In this document: piece by piece, positions 37,016-47,800 of the stretch | How positions within the stretch are numbered: the first letter of the stretch is position 1 | Layout of the letters: every line of letters begins with the position of its first letter | Origin: a bacterium | GTDB taxonomy: Bacteria > Zhuqueibacterota > Zhuqueibacteria > Residuimicrobiales > Krinioviventaceae | DNA: 64,000 bases | NCBI GenBank assembly: GCA_963693055.1 | Contig: OY843751.1 | Coordinates: forward strand, 5,952,001-6,016,000 | Direction: 5' to 3' | Made by a program: the position numbers and the translations under genes | The notes under the pieces: model-generated | What the model was told of the DNA's origin: nothing | Seen by the model: the letters and a program-made list of their open reading frames with translations, nothing else | The model's database searches: none

Positions 37016-37693
37016 TTAACCATCATAAGTAATGGCATGGAGTTTTCTTTTTTGTTTCGAGTCCAAATCAAGACGTTTAAGCGCGCGACGTAAACCAAAC
37101 CAGCCAATCTTTACAAATCCATATTGAGATGTATTTAACAAGCGTACAATTTGAACGGTGCTTGCATCCGGCTCTGCTGCAACGATTCTTTGAATCTTTT
37201 CGTCTATTGACAAATTGGCAGCCTGTGAAGGACGTTTGGTCTCGGTTTGTACCGGAGGAATATCCTGCTGAACCGGTTTGCTTTCCGGCTGTGGTTCGGG
37301 CTTGCTTTTCTTGGGTTCTGAAACGGAACCCACAAGATTTTTTTCAAAATCCGCAACAGCATCCTGAATGCTGTCAAATGCTTTTAATATATGATGAAAT
37401 TCAAGTAATTCAAAGACTTCATAAACTTCGGGTACCATATTAACCAGCTTTAAATCGCCGCTTTTTTCACGAATACCTTTAATCTCGCTGATAAAAATAC
37501 CCCAACCCGCACTACTTACATAATCAACTCTGCCAAGGTCAATGACGATCATATAAGAACCGGCTTTGATCAAACCGTTTAATGCGTGTTCCAATTCGGC
37601 TGATGTGGTTGTGTCAATGTATCCGCCAACCTTAATAACAGATATGCTGTTGTTTGTTCCAGCCCTGTCAACAGACAACTGAATACCTTCCAT
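37016..37693 (-). CDS. STAS anti-sigma-factor antagonist with Pro/Lys linker and C-terminal HTH-like domain
   Basis: GYIDTTT, DLGRVDYVSSAGWG (phosphorylatable Ser); extra C-terminal domain. Confidence 0.88.
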   Translation of the reverse strand: MEGIQLSVDRAGTNNSISVIKVGGYIDTTTSAELEHALNGLIKAGSYMIVIDLGRVDYVSSAGWGIFISEIKGIREKSGDLKLVNMVPEVYEVFELLEFHHILKAFDSIQDAVADFEKNLVGSVSEPKKSKPEPQPESKPVQQDIPPVQTETKRPSQAANLSIDEKIQRIVAAEPDASTVQIVRLLNTSQYGFVKIGWFGLRRALKRLDLDSKQKRKLHAITYDG

Positions 37694-37761
37694 TTAAATA
37701 TATCTCCGTATAAACCCCTATTATCTTTTATTTCACGCCCTGTAAACTGCGGGCATCATAT

Positions 37762-37790
37762 AATATAGGAGTTCACTTTACCAATGTCAA
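37762..37790 (-). promoter_or_regulatory. sigma70-type promoter upstream of STAS-obgE-dprA
   Basis: TTGACA-17-TATATT. Confidence 0.65.
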
Positions 37791-37819
37791 CATCTATTTA
37801 ATTAGTACAGTATATTTAG

Positions 37820-40800
37820 CTAAACCATTTTATTCAAGTATTTTTTGGCGCGTTCGATACTTTTTTTAATATCTATACGTTCGGGAGATATAGTTAACAA
37901 CTTTTCCCATTGTTGTATAGCTTTACTCAAATTTCCCTGATTTGCGTAAACAACACCAAGATTTTCACATGCCTGAATATTATTTTCATTAATTTGCAGT
38001 ACCTGTTCATATTCCACAGCTGCCTTGGAATATTGTTTATTGTGAAAATAAGCATTACCCAAATATCCGTGTACCTTGTAATCTTGAGGATGTTTTTTCT
38101 TTAATTCTAGAAACACTTGAATGGCTTCGGTATATTCCTCTTTTTCGTACAACTTTATCGCTTTGGTCATTAATTTATCTCTGAACAACTGGTCTTTTTC
38201 ATGCTGCACATTTGGATTTTGCGGACTGCTAGATGCCGTATAAGATGCCGAACCATCGTCTTTATCATCTTTACCAGCCAGTTCAATCAACTCTTCAAAA
38301 GACATCTTGTTCTCTTCCGGGCCAGCGGATTGAACTGCACCTGTACGGGTTTCGGGTTTCATTTCTTTGATTTCCCAGATATCATCATAAGAAATGGAAA
38401 AATCAAAATCGTCTTTAACATCTTCCCAGTTTACTGTCTCTGCGTCACTCTGGTCATCATGCTCTGCTTTTACCAGATCATCAAAAGGTTGAACCGCCGG
38501 AGGTGTCTGATCATAACTACTTTCAGAAATAACATCTGCTTCTTCAACATTATGCTGATCATAAAATGACTTTTGCTCTGGAGTTTCCTGTTCTTCAATT
38601 AGCGTATCATTCGAATCTAGCATGTCTATCAGATCTCTCTCTTCCTGCTCTACATCCCTGGGTTTGTATTTTCCCTCTACACCCAAATCTGTTACATCAG
38701 GTTCTTCTTCCAGATTGTGTATTTCAATTAAAGGGTTGTTTGTATCTATTAATAATGTTTCATCATCCTCGTCTCCCAACACAATGTCAGCAGGAGATAA
38801 ATTCTCGTCCGATGCTTGAATATTATCTTCATAATGCTCAAGTACCTGATCATCTATGGAATCCATTGAATCGTCGGAAATGGATTCAAAAACCTGCTCA
38901 TCTAATTGGGGTTGCTCAAACTGCTCTGGTTCTGATGCATCTTTAAAGGGATGTGTTATAGCATCTGTATGATCAACCTGACTATCCATTTCAGGATCAT
39001 AAATATCCATTACATCAAAACGGTTCTCTTTGATTTCAGAATCCTCAGGTTGTGTTTCTTCCTGAACAAAGAAATCATTAGTTACCAGATCATTTTCTTC
39101 AATGGGTTCTTCTTTTACAAACAGACTTTCATCATCAACTTCTTCTACATCTGCAAATATATCAATTTCATCGTCTATTTGTGATTCGGTCGTTGCTTCT
39201 GTTTGATGAATAAATCCTGCTTCCGGTTCTTCCGCTTCAGCGTCCTGTTCTTTTTCAGTTTCGGTTTCGGTTTTCTGAACCAGAGGATCTGTATCTTCAT
39301 CATGATCAAACATGAACTCATCAAACGCACTGGAAGATTCAGTCTCTTCTTCAGGAAAAGAAAACATAGACTCGTCAATATCTACTGTCAAAGAGTCTAC
39401 CGGATCCGGTTCATCATCCTGTTCAATTTGCTCGTCAAGTGAAGATTCCTGCTCCGGCTCCTCTTTATTTTCCGCAACAGGTTGCTCGGCAGGTGTTTCA
39501 ACCTCTAATTCTACTGTGTCTTTTGTTGCAAAAATATTTTCCAGACTCTCGTCGTCGGTATCATCAGCAAGTGTTTCAACAATGTCAGATTCTTTTTCAA
39601 GATCATCAACTGTCAAGAGTTCCGGTTCTTTGTTCCCATCCTCCAAAACAGTTTCTGAGGTGTGTGCGGCCTCTTCCATCTCGGATTCAAATTGTTCCTG
39701 GATCTCTTCCGGTTCTTCAACAGACAACAATTCTCGGTGAGAATCACCGAAAATTGATTCCATAAAATCCGGTTCTTCAACCGAATCATCAATAACGGTT
39801 TCGTGTTCAGGTGTTTCCTGGCCGGGTTCAGAGACATGAGATTCTATATCATCAGAGCCCATGAGATCTGTTTCGAGATCAATTGACTCTATATCCTCGG
39901 TCTCATTAGATTCTGTGTCAGACACCATCTTTAAAGCATCGCTTTCTCTGTTGTCATCAGAGGTGTCATTTGATACACTCAATTCTTCCTGATTAAGGGA
40001 TTCCGATACCTCTGGCGCCTGTGTTAATTCAGATTCCATTTCATTAAATGTTTCATCTACATCAAAACTAAAATCGGTAAGATCTTCAAACGTCAGTACA
40101 TCCTCTAAAGGCATTTCTTCTATTTGAATGGGCTCATGAGTTTCTTCAACAGCAGAATCCAGTTCCTGTCCTTCCGCTGAATCGACTGTTTCCGTTTCCT
40201 GTTCCAGATTTTGAAGAATTTCTTCTTCCTGTGGTTTTTCATCATTAAATATATCACCAGTGGTAATCACTTCCTGATGTCTTTCAGTTTCCACTGGCTC
40301 AGGCAGTTCAAACCGGGGTTCAGGTTTGGGTTTATTGACAATAATTTTTCCATCAATTGTCAACATGGGTGTACCGGGGGGTTTCATTCTTTTTTGGCGA
40401 TTGCCCCTTGCAATAAAACCCTCGCGCAGCTTTTTTGTATTTAAACGTGAACTGACCAATTCATCATAAATTTTTGCAGGACTAATTACCGTATTTTCAT
40501 AATGTTCCGAATTCAATTCCTCACTGATACGTTTGGCGCCAAATTCAGGGAATCTTTTTATTACATCATAAATCTTGGTTTTTTCTTCAATACTGAGTTG
40601 TTTAACTTCAAATTCTTCACTGGGCTCGTCTGCTAAAACATCGTCCAATTCATTCTCTTCAAATCTGGTTTTGTACTTGTTGTAATAAGAATAGGTGGAA
40701 ATACCGGCTTCTTTACAGGCCTGTTTTACGGATTTACCATTCTGTATCGCCATATACGCATCTTTGGCGCGTTTGAGTTCCAGTTTTTCCGCCGATGTTT

Positions 40801-42817
40801 GTTCTTTGATTGCTACCAAAGTAATATCATCATTTTGCGGACTGCCTTCAGTAAATGACATAATTTCTGATTTTAAATTTTCTACAAATTCATCAGCTGT
40901 AGAATCGCCATTATTCTGAATGACTTTGAGGAACCGTTCTTCACCAAACAAATCGCGCTTGGTATTCATGGCCTCGGTTACACCATCAGTATAAACAATG
41001 AGAATATCATCTTCTGTCAAAGCGATGGAATCTGACTCGAGAGAGTTTTTAAATAGATCTTTATCCGGCAAAGAGATACCAATAGGAAAGCCCTTGGGAT
41101 TCAGATAATAGGTTTTCTTTTGGGACGCGCGGTACAAAATCATGGGATTATGACCAGCACTAGCATAATTGATACGTCGTTTTTTGGAATCGACAATAAC
41201 ATAAAACAAGGTCACAAACATACCTTTTTTCATATCATTGACCACAAAATCATTTACACGGGTCAGCACTTCTGCGGCATCTTTAACACCGCGGGCTTCA
41301 GTCCGTAATGCGGTACGGATCATGGTCATAACCAGTGATCCTGGCACACCTTTACCCGATACGTCAGCAACAACAATTCCCAGGGTATCCTGATCTACTT
41401 CAACAAAATCATAATAGTCGCCACCCACCTCTTTGGCCGCAGCATAAAAAGAAGCTAAATCATAGCCCTCAAGATCCGGGAATTCAGAAGGCAGCAGCGT
41501 CTGCTGAATTTCCTGAGCAACCTGCATTTCTTTTTGCAAGCGTTCCTGCTCGGCAAGGTTTGCCTGAGAATCTCGAAGTTTCAGAGTAATATCACTAAAG
41601 GCTTTGGCAATTTCGCCGACTTCTGTTGACGTATCGATTTCTAAATCTTCAAGATCTCCCGGCTGATTCATGGTTTTTACCCAGTCCTGCAAACGTTTCA
41701 GGGGGGTCATTACCAGATAAATCAGTAAAAAGAGACCAGCCGCACCAATAACCCAAACTAACAATACCAAATTTAAATAGCTGAATCTGGCTGCATTCAT
41801 TTCCTTTTGTATAATCTGATAGTCAATTAAAAAATGAAGTGTACACAGGGTCCGGTCTTCCGCATTCCTGACCTGCCAGGTATAATCGACTACTTTTTCA
41901 CCAGAGGGTAAACGATATTCGTATACATTTTCTTCAAGCTTTTTATTCTCACCCGGTATATCAAAACGACTCAATATACGAAAATACACAGAATCATATT
42001 CCGCGGTTGATAATATATTTTGTATATTATCAACAACAAATGCATTCAGCAGAATATCACTATATTCCGTATTGAGCAAATTTTTGATAGAGGTGTTGGT
42101 ATAATCAAGTATGATGGGATCCATACTTCCATTTTTTACCAGGTCATCTATAATTTCATCAGTAATAAGATCATTATCGGGGATTAAATTTTCAGAAATA
42201 TCGCTGCCAACAATAGAACAGGCTTCGCGGGCTTTTTCAATATAGCGTGACAGAACAACCTGATTCTGGTCCATAAAAAAAAACAAATAGACCAGTACCA
42301 AAACAATCGTAAACGCCGCCATGGAAAACAACCAATAACGAGCTTTTAGACCCAAGGGAATTGGTGAAACCGTAATTTTAGGACGACCGGGCTTTTCCTG
42401 TTTGTTCTTGGTAAGCCACAGCTCATTTCCCTCTTCTGTCTTTTTATAGTCGATACGGTCCAAAAGGCGGCGCATCATAAAAATACCAAGGCCACCCTTT
42501 TTACCAATATCAACATACTTTTGCAGATCTGGGTCTTTGAACTGACGGGGATCGAAATATTTTCCGTTATCAATGAGTACAAATGTAAGACTGCTTTTGC
42601 GCTTGACTGCCCGGATGATAATATCACCATCCCATTCTTTATAAGCGTGTTTGATGATATTGGTTGCTGCTTCATCAATGGACAATTTAAACGCGTTTAC
42701 GACCCGCTCGGAATAGCCATACTTTTTTCCGATACGGGTCACAAATTCACGTAATTCACCCAGATGGTCTACATTTGCCTGTATTTTTAATTGTTCATTT
42801 TCTGATGTTTTTGCCAA
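37820..42817 (-). CDS. membrane fusion protein: RsbW-type HATPase + 2TM sensor + HAMP + SpoIIE/PP2C phosphatase + HTH domains + acidic linker + TPR
   Basis: DEAATNIIKHAY, DNG, GGLGIF; TM segments; EVGEIAKAF; EVGGDYYDF, ADVSGKG, YTDGVTEA, DDITL; ~700-aa D/E-rich tract; TPRs at C-terminus. Confidence 0.9.
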   Translation of the reverse strand: MAKTSENEQLKIQANVDHLGELREFVTRIGKKYGYSERVVNAFKLSIDEAATNIIKHAYKEWDGDIIIRAVKRKSSLTFVLIDNGKYFDPRQFKDPDLQKYVDIGKKGGLGIFMMRRLLDRIDYKKTEEGNELWLTKNKQEKPGRPKITVSPIPLGLKARYWLFSMAAFTIVLVLVYLFFFMDQNQVVLSRYIEKAREACSIVGSDISENLIPDNDLITDEIIDDLVKNGSMDPIILDYTNTSIKNLLNTEYSDILLNAFVVDNIQNILSTAEYDSVYFRILSRFDIPGENKKLEENVYEYRLPSGEKVVDYTWQVRNAEDRTLCTLHFLIDYQIIQKEMNAARFSYLNLVLLVWVIGAAGLFLLIYLVMTPLKRLQDWVKTMNQPGDLEDLEIDTSTEVGEIAKAFSDITLKLRDSQANLAEQERLQKEMQVAQEIQQTLLPSEFPDLEGYDLASFYAAAKEVGGDYYDFVEVDQDTLGIVVADVSGKGVPGSLVMTMIRTALRTEARGVKDAAEVLTRVNDFVVNDMKKGMFVTLFYVIVDSKKRRINYASAGHNPMILYRASQKKTYYLNPKGFPIGISLPDKDLFKNSLESDSIALTEDDILIVYTDGVTEAMNTKRDLFGEERFLKVIQNNGDSTADEFVENLKSEIMSFTEGSPQNDDITLVAIKEQTSAEKLELKRAKDAYMAIQNGKSVKQACKEAGISTYSYYNKYKTRFEENELDDVLADEPSEEFEVKQLSIEEKTKIYDVIKRFPEFGAKRISEELNSEHYENTVISPAKIYDELVSSRLNTKKLREGFIARGNRQKRMKPPGTPMLTIDGKIIVNKPKPEPRFELPEPVETERHQEVITTGDIFNDEKPQEEEILQNLEQETETVDSAEGQELDSAVEETHEPIQIEEMPLEDVLTFEDLTDFSFDVDETFNEMESELTQAPEVSESLNQEELSVSNDTSDDNRESDALKMVSDTESNETEDIESIDLETDLMGSDDIESHVSEPGQETPEHETVIDDSVEEPDFMESIFGDSHRELLSVEEPEEIQEQFESEMEEAAHTSETVLEDGNKEPELLTVDDLEKESDIVETLADDTDDESLENIFATKDTVELEVETPAEQPVAENKEEPEQESSLDEQIEQDDEPDPVDSLTVDIDESMFSFPEEETESSSAFDEFMFDHDEDTDPLVQKTETETEKEQDAEAEEPEAGFIHQTEATTESQIDDEIDIFADVEEVDDESLFVKEEPIEENDLVTNDFFVQEETQPEDSEIKENRFDVMDIYDPEMDSQVDHTDAITHPFKDASEPEQFEQPQLDEQVFESISDDSMDSIDDQVLEHYEDNIQASDENLSPADIVLGDEDDETLLIDTNNPLIEIHNLEEEPDVTDLGVEGKYKPRDVEQEERDLIDMLDSNDTLIEEQETPEQKSFYDQHNVEEADVISESSYDQTPPAVQPFDDLVKAEHDDQSDAETVNWEDVKDDFDFSISYDDIWEIKEMKPETRTGAVQSAGPEENKMSFEELIELAGKDDKDDGSASYTASSSPQNPNVQHEKDQLFRDKLMTKAIKLYEKEEYTEAIQVFLELKKKHPQDYKVHGYLGNAYFHNKQYSKAAVEYEQVLQINENNIQACENLGVVYANQGNLSKAIQQWEKLLTISPERIDIKKSIERAKKYLNKMV

Positions 42818-42832
42818 TGATAAACACCTTTT

Positions 42833-44848
42833 TTATTTTGATTGGGCTCTTAATCTTGCCCGACATAAATCAATTGCCTTTAATACATTAAGATTCAACG
42901 GATCAAGCTCGCGTGCACTTTCATAATTTTGCAGTGCTTCTTCGTAACGACCCTGGGTAAATGCTGCCAATCCCTTTTCAAAGAATTGTTTTGCTCTACC
43001 TGTTAACAATTTGGTTTTTGCGTTTGCGCGAGCGTACATTTCATTGTATTTCTTTTGAATTGCCGTGTTGTTTGGTTCAGATTTTAACAATTCTTTATAC
43101 AAATCGGCCGCGCTGGCATAATTTTGCTCAAGCTCATACTGGTTTGCACGACGAATGGTATCGTCACGGTTCAACTTGTTTTCCAGCTGCCTACGGGCAT
43201 TAAGAATTGCCTGGGTTACTTCTGTATCACCTTTGGCTAATTCCAAAGCCTTGTTATAAAACTGAATAGCATCATAAGGTTTACCGTTTAATCTTTGACG
43301 TCTGGCTTCATTCAAGAGCTTGGTAATCTCGCCTTTGAGATTTTCTACAATAACTTCACGCAGGCCTTTAATATGCTCGCTGTTTGGATCAAGTTCAAGT
43401 GCGCGATCACATTCGGTAAGTGCTTCTCTGAAATCCTGTGTTTCAAAATAAGCGGTAGCTTTGTTATAATGATCATCAATCAATTGCTCACGTTGTTGCA
43501 ATTCAATTTCAGCGCGGGTTTTTGCTTCTCTCTGACTGCGCTCATCTTCACGTTTGAGCTCTATTGACGCGTTGATCTCGTTCATCAATTGTCTTGCTTC
43601 ACTAAAAGCAGGATCTTTGCCTGAAGAATCCATAGCCAAAATACGGTTTACATTTGCAAGTGCCGCGTACAAATCACCACTTTTAAAATTGATACGCGCT
43701 TGTTCAAGTCCGCTTAAATATGCAGTACGCTGATCATATTTCTTTTGTCTTTCAACTTCTTCCTGAAATCGTGAAAGCTCATTCAGGTGGATCTCATCGA
43801 GACGCTGCTTGCGTGTTTTACCAATGCTGTAAACCAAAGAAATACGGTGGCTGCTGCTCAAGACATCATAACGGGGGCTCCAGTAAGAATAATCCAACTG
43901 GACTCCATACATATTAACACCCATACCCCATGTTGTCTTCCATGAAGAAACACCATCAGCCTGTTCTCCACGTCCGTCAAAACCCAGTCTCAGGAACAGG
44001 GTTTTTCTAAAATCATATTCCATACCCATATGATAAAATACCGGTACATTCTGAGCGCTGTTAATATCCATCTGAAACGCGAATAATGCATGATGGTTCA
44101 AAAAGTCTTGCCCCACACCTTTAGACATACCAAACAAAAAGTTGCGCGGGGTTTTATCCTGAGTTTCAACTACACGTTGCGTGCGCTGTAAAAAGTTTTG
44201 AATACTCAAACCCATAGAGAAATCTTTTAAAAATCCACTGGTTCTGCCTGGATCAATCAACATACCAAAATCTGCGCCCAAACCGGATTCAGAGTAATTA
44301 CTTTCGCCATCGTATCCCGGCAGGCTGGTCCGCTCTACTTTAAAATTGGTACCCATATAAAACCAGTTAGTAGCTTTAAAACCATAACCGAACATGAACA
44401 GGCTTTTACTGAAATCCCGGGTCCCAAGCTTTGAACCATAATCATCCGTGTTTAAAATATCACCGGTTCCTATTCTCAATACACCCGCCGAAAATGTTCC
44501 GAACGTAAGCGTGGGGTAGGAAAATGAAAAATAATTATAGCTCGTATTCATGGGTAGATTGGTATTGAAAAAACCAAATCCTATTCTGTCCACTCGCTGC
44601 AGGGCAGCTGGGTTCCAGTAAAGCGCATACGGATCATCTACAGCAGACACATATGCACCACCCATTGCCATGGCACGGGCGCCAACAGGATAATCGAAAA
44701 CATCCGTTAATCCACCCCATTGGCCATTTGCAGATTCATATTGTGCAAAACCTACGGTCACCAGAGACAATATAAATACCGCCACGACCGAAATTTTTAA
44801 TAATCTATTCACAGTATGCCACTCTTTTTTTTTATTATTCACAATCAA
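42833..44848 (-). CDS. PorV/PorQ-family outer-membrane beta-barrel with C-terminal coiled coil and TPRs
   Basis: GARAMAMGGAY..DDPYALYWNPAAL; LRLG, LDYSY, HRISL; TPR repeats; start may be GTG 44812. Confidence 0.85.
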   Translation of the reverse strand: MIVNNKKKEWHTVNRLLKISVVAVFILSLVTVGFAQYESANGQWGGLTDVFDYPVGARAMAMGGAYVSAVDDPYALYWNPAALQRVDRIGFGFFNTNLPMNTSYNYFSFSYPTLTFGTFSAGVLRIGTGDILNTDDYGSKLGTRDFSKSLFMFGYGFKATNWFYMGTNFKVERTSLPGYDGESNYSESGLGADFGMLIDPGRTSGFLKDFSMGLSIQNFLQRTQRVVETQDKTPRNFLFGMSKGVGQDFLNHHALFAFQMDINSAQNVPVFYHMGMEYDFRKTLFLRLGFDGRGEQADGVSSWKTTWGMGVNMYGVQLDYSYWSPRYDVLSSSHRISLVYSIGKTRKQRLDEIHLNELSRFQEEVERQKKYDQRTAYLSGLEQARINFKSGDLYAALANVNRILAMDSSGKDPAFSEARQLMNEINASIELKREDERSQREAKTRAEIELQQREQLIDDHYNKATAYFETQDFREALTECDRALELDPNSEHIKGLREVIVENLKGEITKLLNEARRQRLNGKPYDAIQFYNKALELAKGDTEVTQAILNARRQLENKLNRDDTIRRANQYELEQNYASAADLYKELLKSEPNNTAIQKKYNEMYARANAKTKLLTGRAKQFFEKGLAAFTQGRYEEALQNYESARELDPLNLNVLKAIDLCRARLRAQSK

Positions 44849-44858
44849 TTAGGTTAAT

Positions 44859-47800
44859 TTATTTAACTACAACCACCTTGGTAGAGGCAACCTTGCCATC
44901 CGAGGTAGACAAATACGCGAAATAAACACCGTTCAATACCAAATGACCTTTACCATTTCTTCCGTCCCATTCAATATCTCCCTGGTGTAAGCCAGATTCA
45001 CATTGAACGTCACCATTTGTCATAAGGTATTCTTTTTTAAGAACCAGATCTCCGGTCATGGTAAAAATTTGCAAAGTTACATCCATCTGGTCTTCAAGAT
45101 AATAAATGAACTTTGTAGATGGGCGATCTGCTCGTCCGAACGGGTTTGGATAATTGTAAAATGATTCCTTGGTTACGGCATCAACAATAACCGCCAGATC
45201 CGATTCCATCAGCAAATAAGATATCGGGTTGCCATCAACGTCTGCCAGTTCAACCTGCTGGTTGTTATCATCTAAGGCAATAATTGGCAAAGAATCTGAC
45301 ATGGTCATTCTGAAATCTTCAACATCCGTACTGAGAATATCTACAAGGATATCTACAGTATCCTGTTCAGCACTCTTGATTGTATCAATCCGAATATCAC
45401 GTAGATCAAGCATAACCTGACCCGGCTTGTCTGTATCCGTAAAGTCTGTGGTTTCAGCAAGCTTGATCGTGTAACCGGCTTTGGGATCAGCAGGCTTTTG
45501 ATACGCGACCACTCTCTTGACAACAGAAGATGCTGATATAACTTCACCTTCTCGGTTTTTGAATGTAAAAAAGAGTTTATTTAGATAGGTGTTTACCTGG
45601 CTTGAAATATCTTTATTTCTAAATACCAGACCCATCATAGGAACATCTGTTCCGCCCTTGATTACGGCTGTTTTTTCCCGGATCTTGTATGACTGGGCTA
45701 TCAGTTTACCGGTTTCAAGCTTGACCTTGACAATATCCGATGTATTATAAGTTGATGCGTTTGCATGTGTATATTGATCGTTTGGCGGATCAACCAAGGT
45801 AAAGGATATCGTTGACAATCCGCTCGTTACGCTGTTTGGTGCCTTTATGTTCCAGGTTAAAGAATCTTCAAAGCCATCCTGAATTAGTGCCTGCTTCAAA
45901 GTATCCGCAGAAGTATAACCGGATGGCAGATTGATCTTGACTGAAAAAGCTCCAACCATCTTGGCAGCACCCAGGTTTGTAACTTTACAAACCGCTTTAA
46001 AATTACTACCAATCCGTACACTGGATGTATCTTGAGTCTGTTGTCCCAACAGATAAGAATCAAAATTCACCAGAGCCCGTTCAACAACAAATATGGAAAA
46101 TCTTACAGAATCTTCCTGCACTGAACCCATCTGGTAAGAGTTGGTATCTCGTGCGGCTTCAAGCAGAGTAATAGTAAAAGAAGATGCCTCACTATTTGTC
46201 GGTTTTGTTCGTGGTGCTGTTATTCGCCACGTTGGATGATCCTGATTATTAAACTGCTCCCATCTGTATACCTGTTGTTTGTTGCCTTGAACTTCAAATT
46301 CCGGCGGAGCTGAAATTTTAACAACAAAGCTGTCTTGTCTCATGTACTGGGCGCCATCATGACGAATATAGGCTTCTATATCAAAGTCCTGATATGTAGA
46401 GACAACTTCTTGCTGTTCCTCCGGCCATGCATTGGGCCAAACAATTCTGGGCTCTACTTTGAATTTGGTTTTCTCTACCACATGTACAAAAATAGAGTCA
46501 GAACGCCATACCAACTCAACACCCGAAGCTTCATCTTCTGCAGTTACTTCAACATAAAGTGTATCTTTAGCATCCGTAAGAATATGGTGTTCAGCCGGGG
46601 CTGTAACTTCCCAGGTAACTTCCTGATAAAATCCCATTGGAACACTTTGTACTTTATCAGTCACTTTATAGGTTGCCGGAGTAACCAGTCTTGCGGCAAT
46701 TTTGTCCGGGTTAACCTTGTAAGAATTTACTTCTGTTGTAATATAAAACGTCTGATCAGTAGAAATAATATTGTCTTTAGCTCCGGATGGTGAACTGATT
46801 TCTGCAACATCGTTATTGATCCGGATTCTTCCAAGCTCTTGAACAAATACACGAATTTCCTTAACTGTTGCATCATCAACGGTTTTTGCATATTCATTCG
46901 TATTCGTATCACGCGGAGCCTGAACAATCTCTACTGTTATATCTTTACCATCTGTATCAATTGCACCCGCATCTACAATCCACTCTACTGATTCTGTTTC
47001 TCCGGTAAAGGTGGTTTGCAATGGAGTTGTATTACTCTCTGCAAGCGTCAGGTTACTTTGACCCAGATCCAGACGAATAATACCATTTCCATATACATTG
47101 GCTTCACCCTGGTTTTTGATTCTGGCGCGAAGGGTTATGCTTTTCTGATCTTTGGAAAAATAAGCTTCTCGCTCTCTGGGTTCATTATACCCAAGCTCAT
47201 CCTGAGATTCAAATGCTTCAATTGCTATATTTGCTCGTTTTTCTACAGAAACTATAGTCAAACTGTCTTCAACTGTTTTAGGTACTCCTGCTTCTACGGC
47301 TTCTGCAAAAACTCTAAATTTGTGCAGATTATCAAACTTTTCTTCCGGCGCTGTTAAAACCCATTCAATAGTATCCGGGCTGTTTACTAAAGGACTTGTT
47401 TGTTCTGAAATTAGATTATATTCAACATCTCCGGGCAAGTTATCCGGAAACTCGAGACGTGCCTGTCGGTTCTGCAGGTTTGTTGTAGAACTGATAATTG
47501 CACGCATGGTAAAGGATTGTACGGTGGAAAGAATACCATCGGTAGCACCAACGGGTTTGAAAATTTCAAACGCGTCAATAACCAAATTCGAACTCGACGT
47601 TCTTGCATAGATCGAATCTACGCTGGTTGTTACAATTGCCGGTTCATTGATATTCAAATCAACCGGAATAGTAGTAATCTCTCCAAGAATTTTTCGATTC
47701 GCAGTAGTAACCGCGGGTGATTTTAATACAAATTGAACATCTGTATAGGGTACCGCATCTACCAGTTGAAAATCCAATGCTGTGGGATCTACTGTATACA

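Noticed and set aside
40420-40775. IS element inserted in the phosphatase gene
   Set aside because: The segment is in frame, with no DDE domain, terminal repeats or target duplication; it is treated as domesticated HTH domains.
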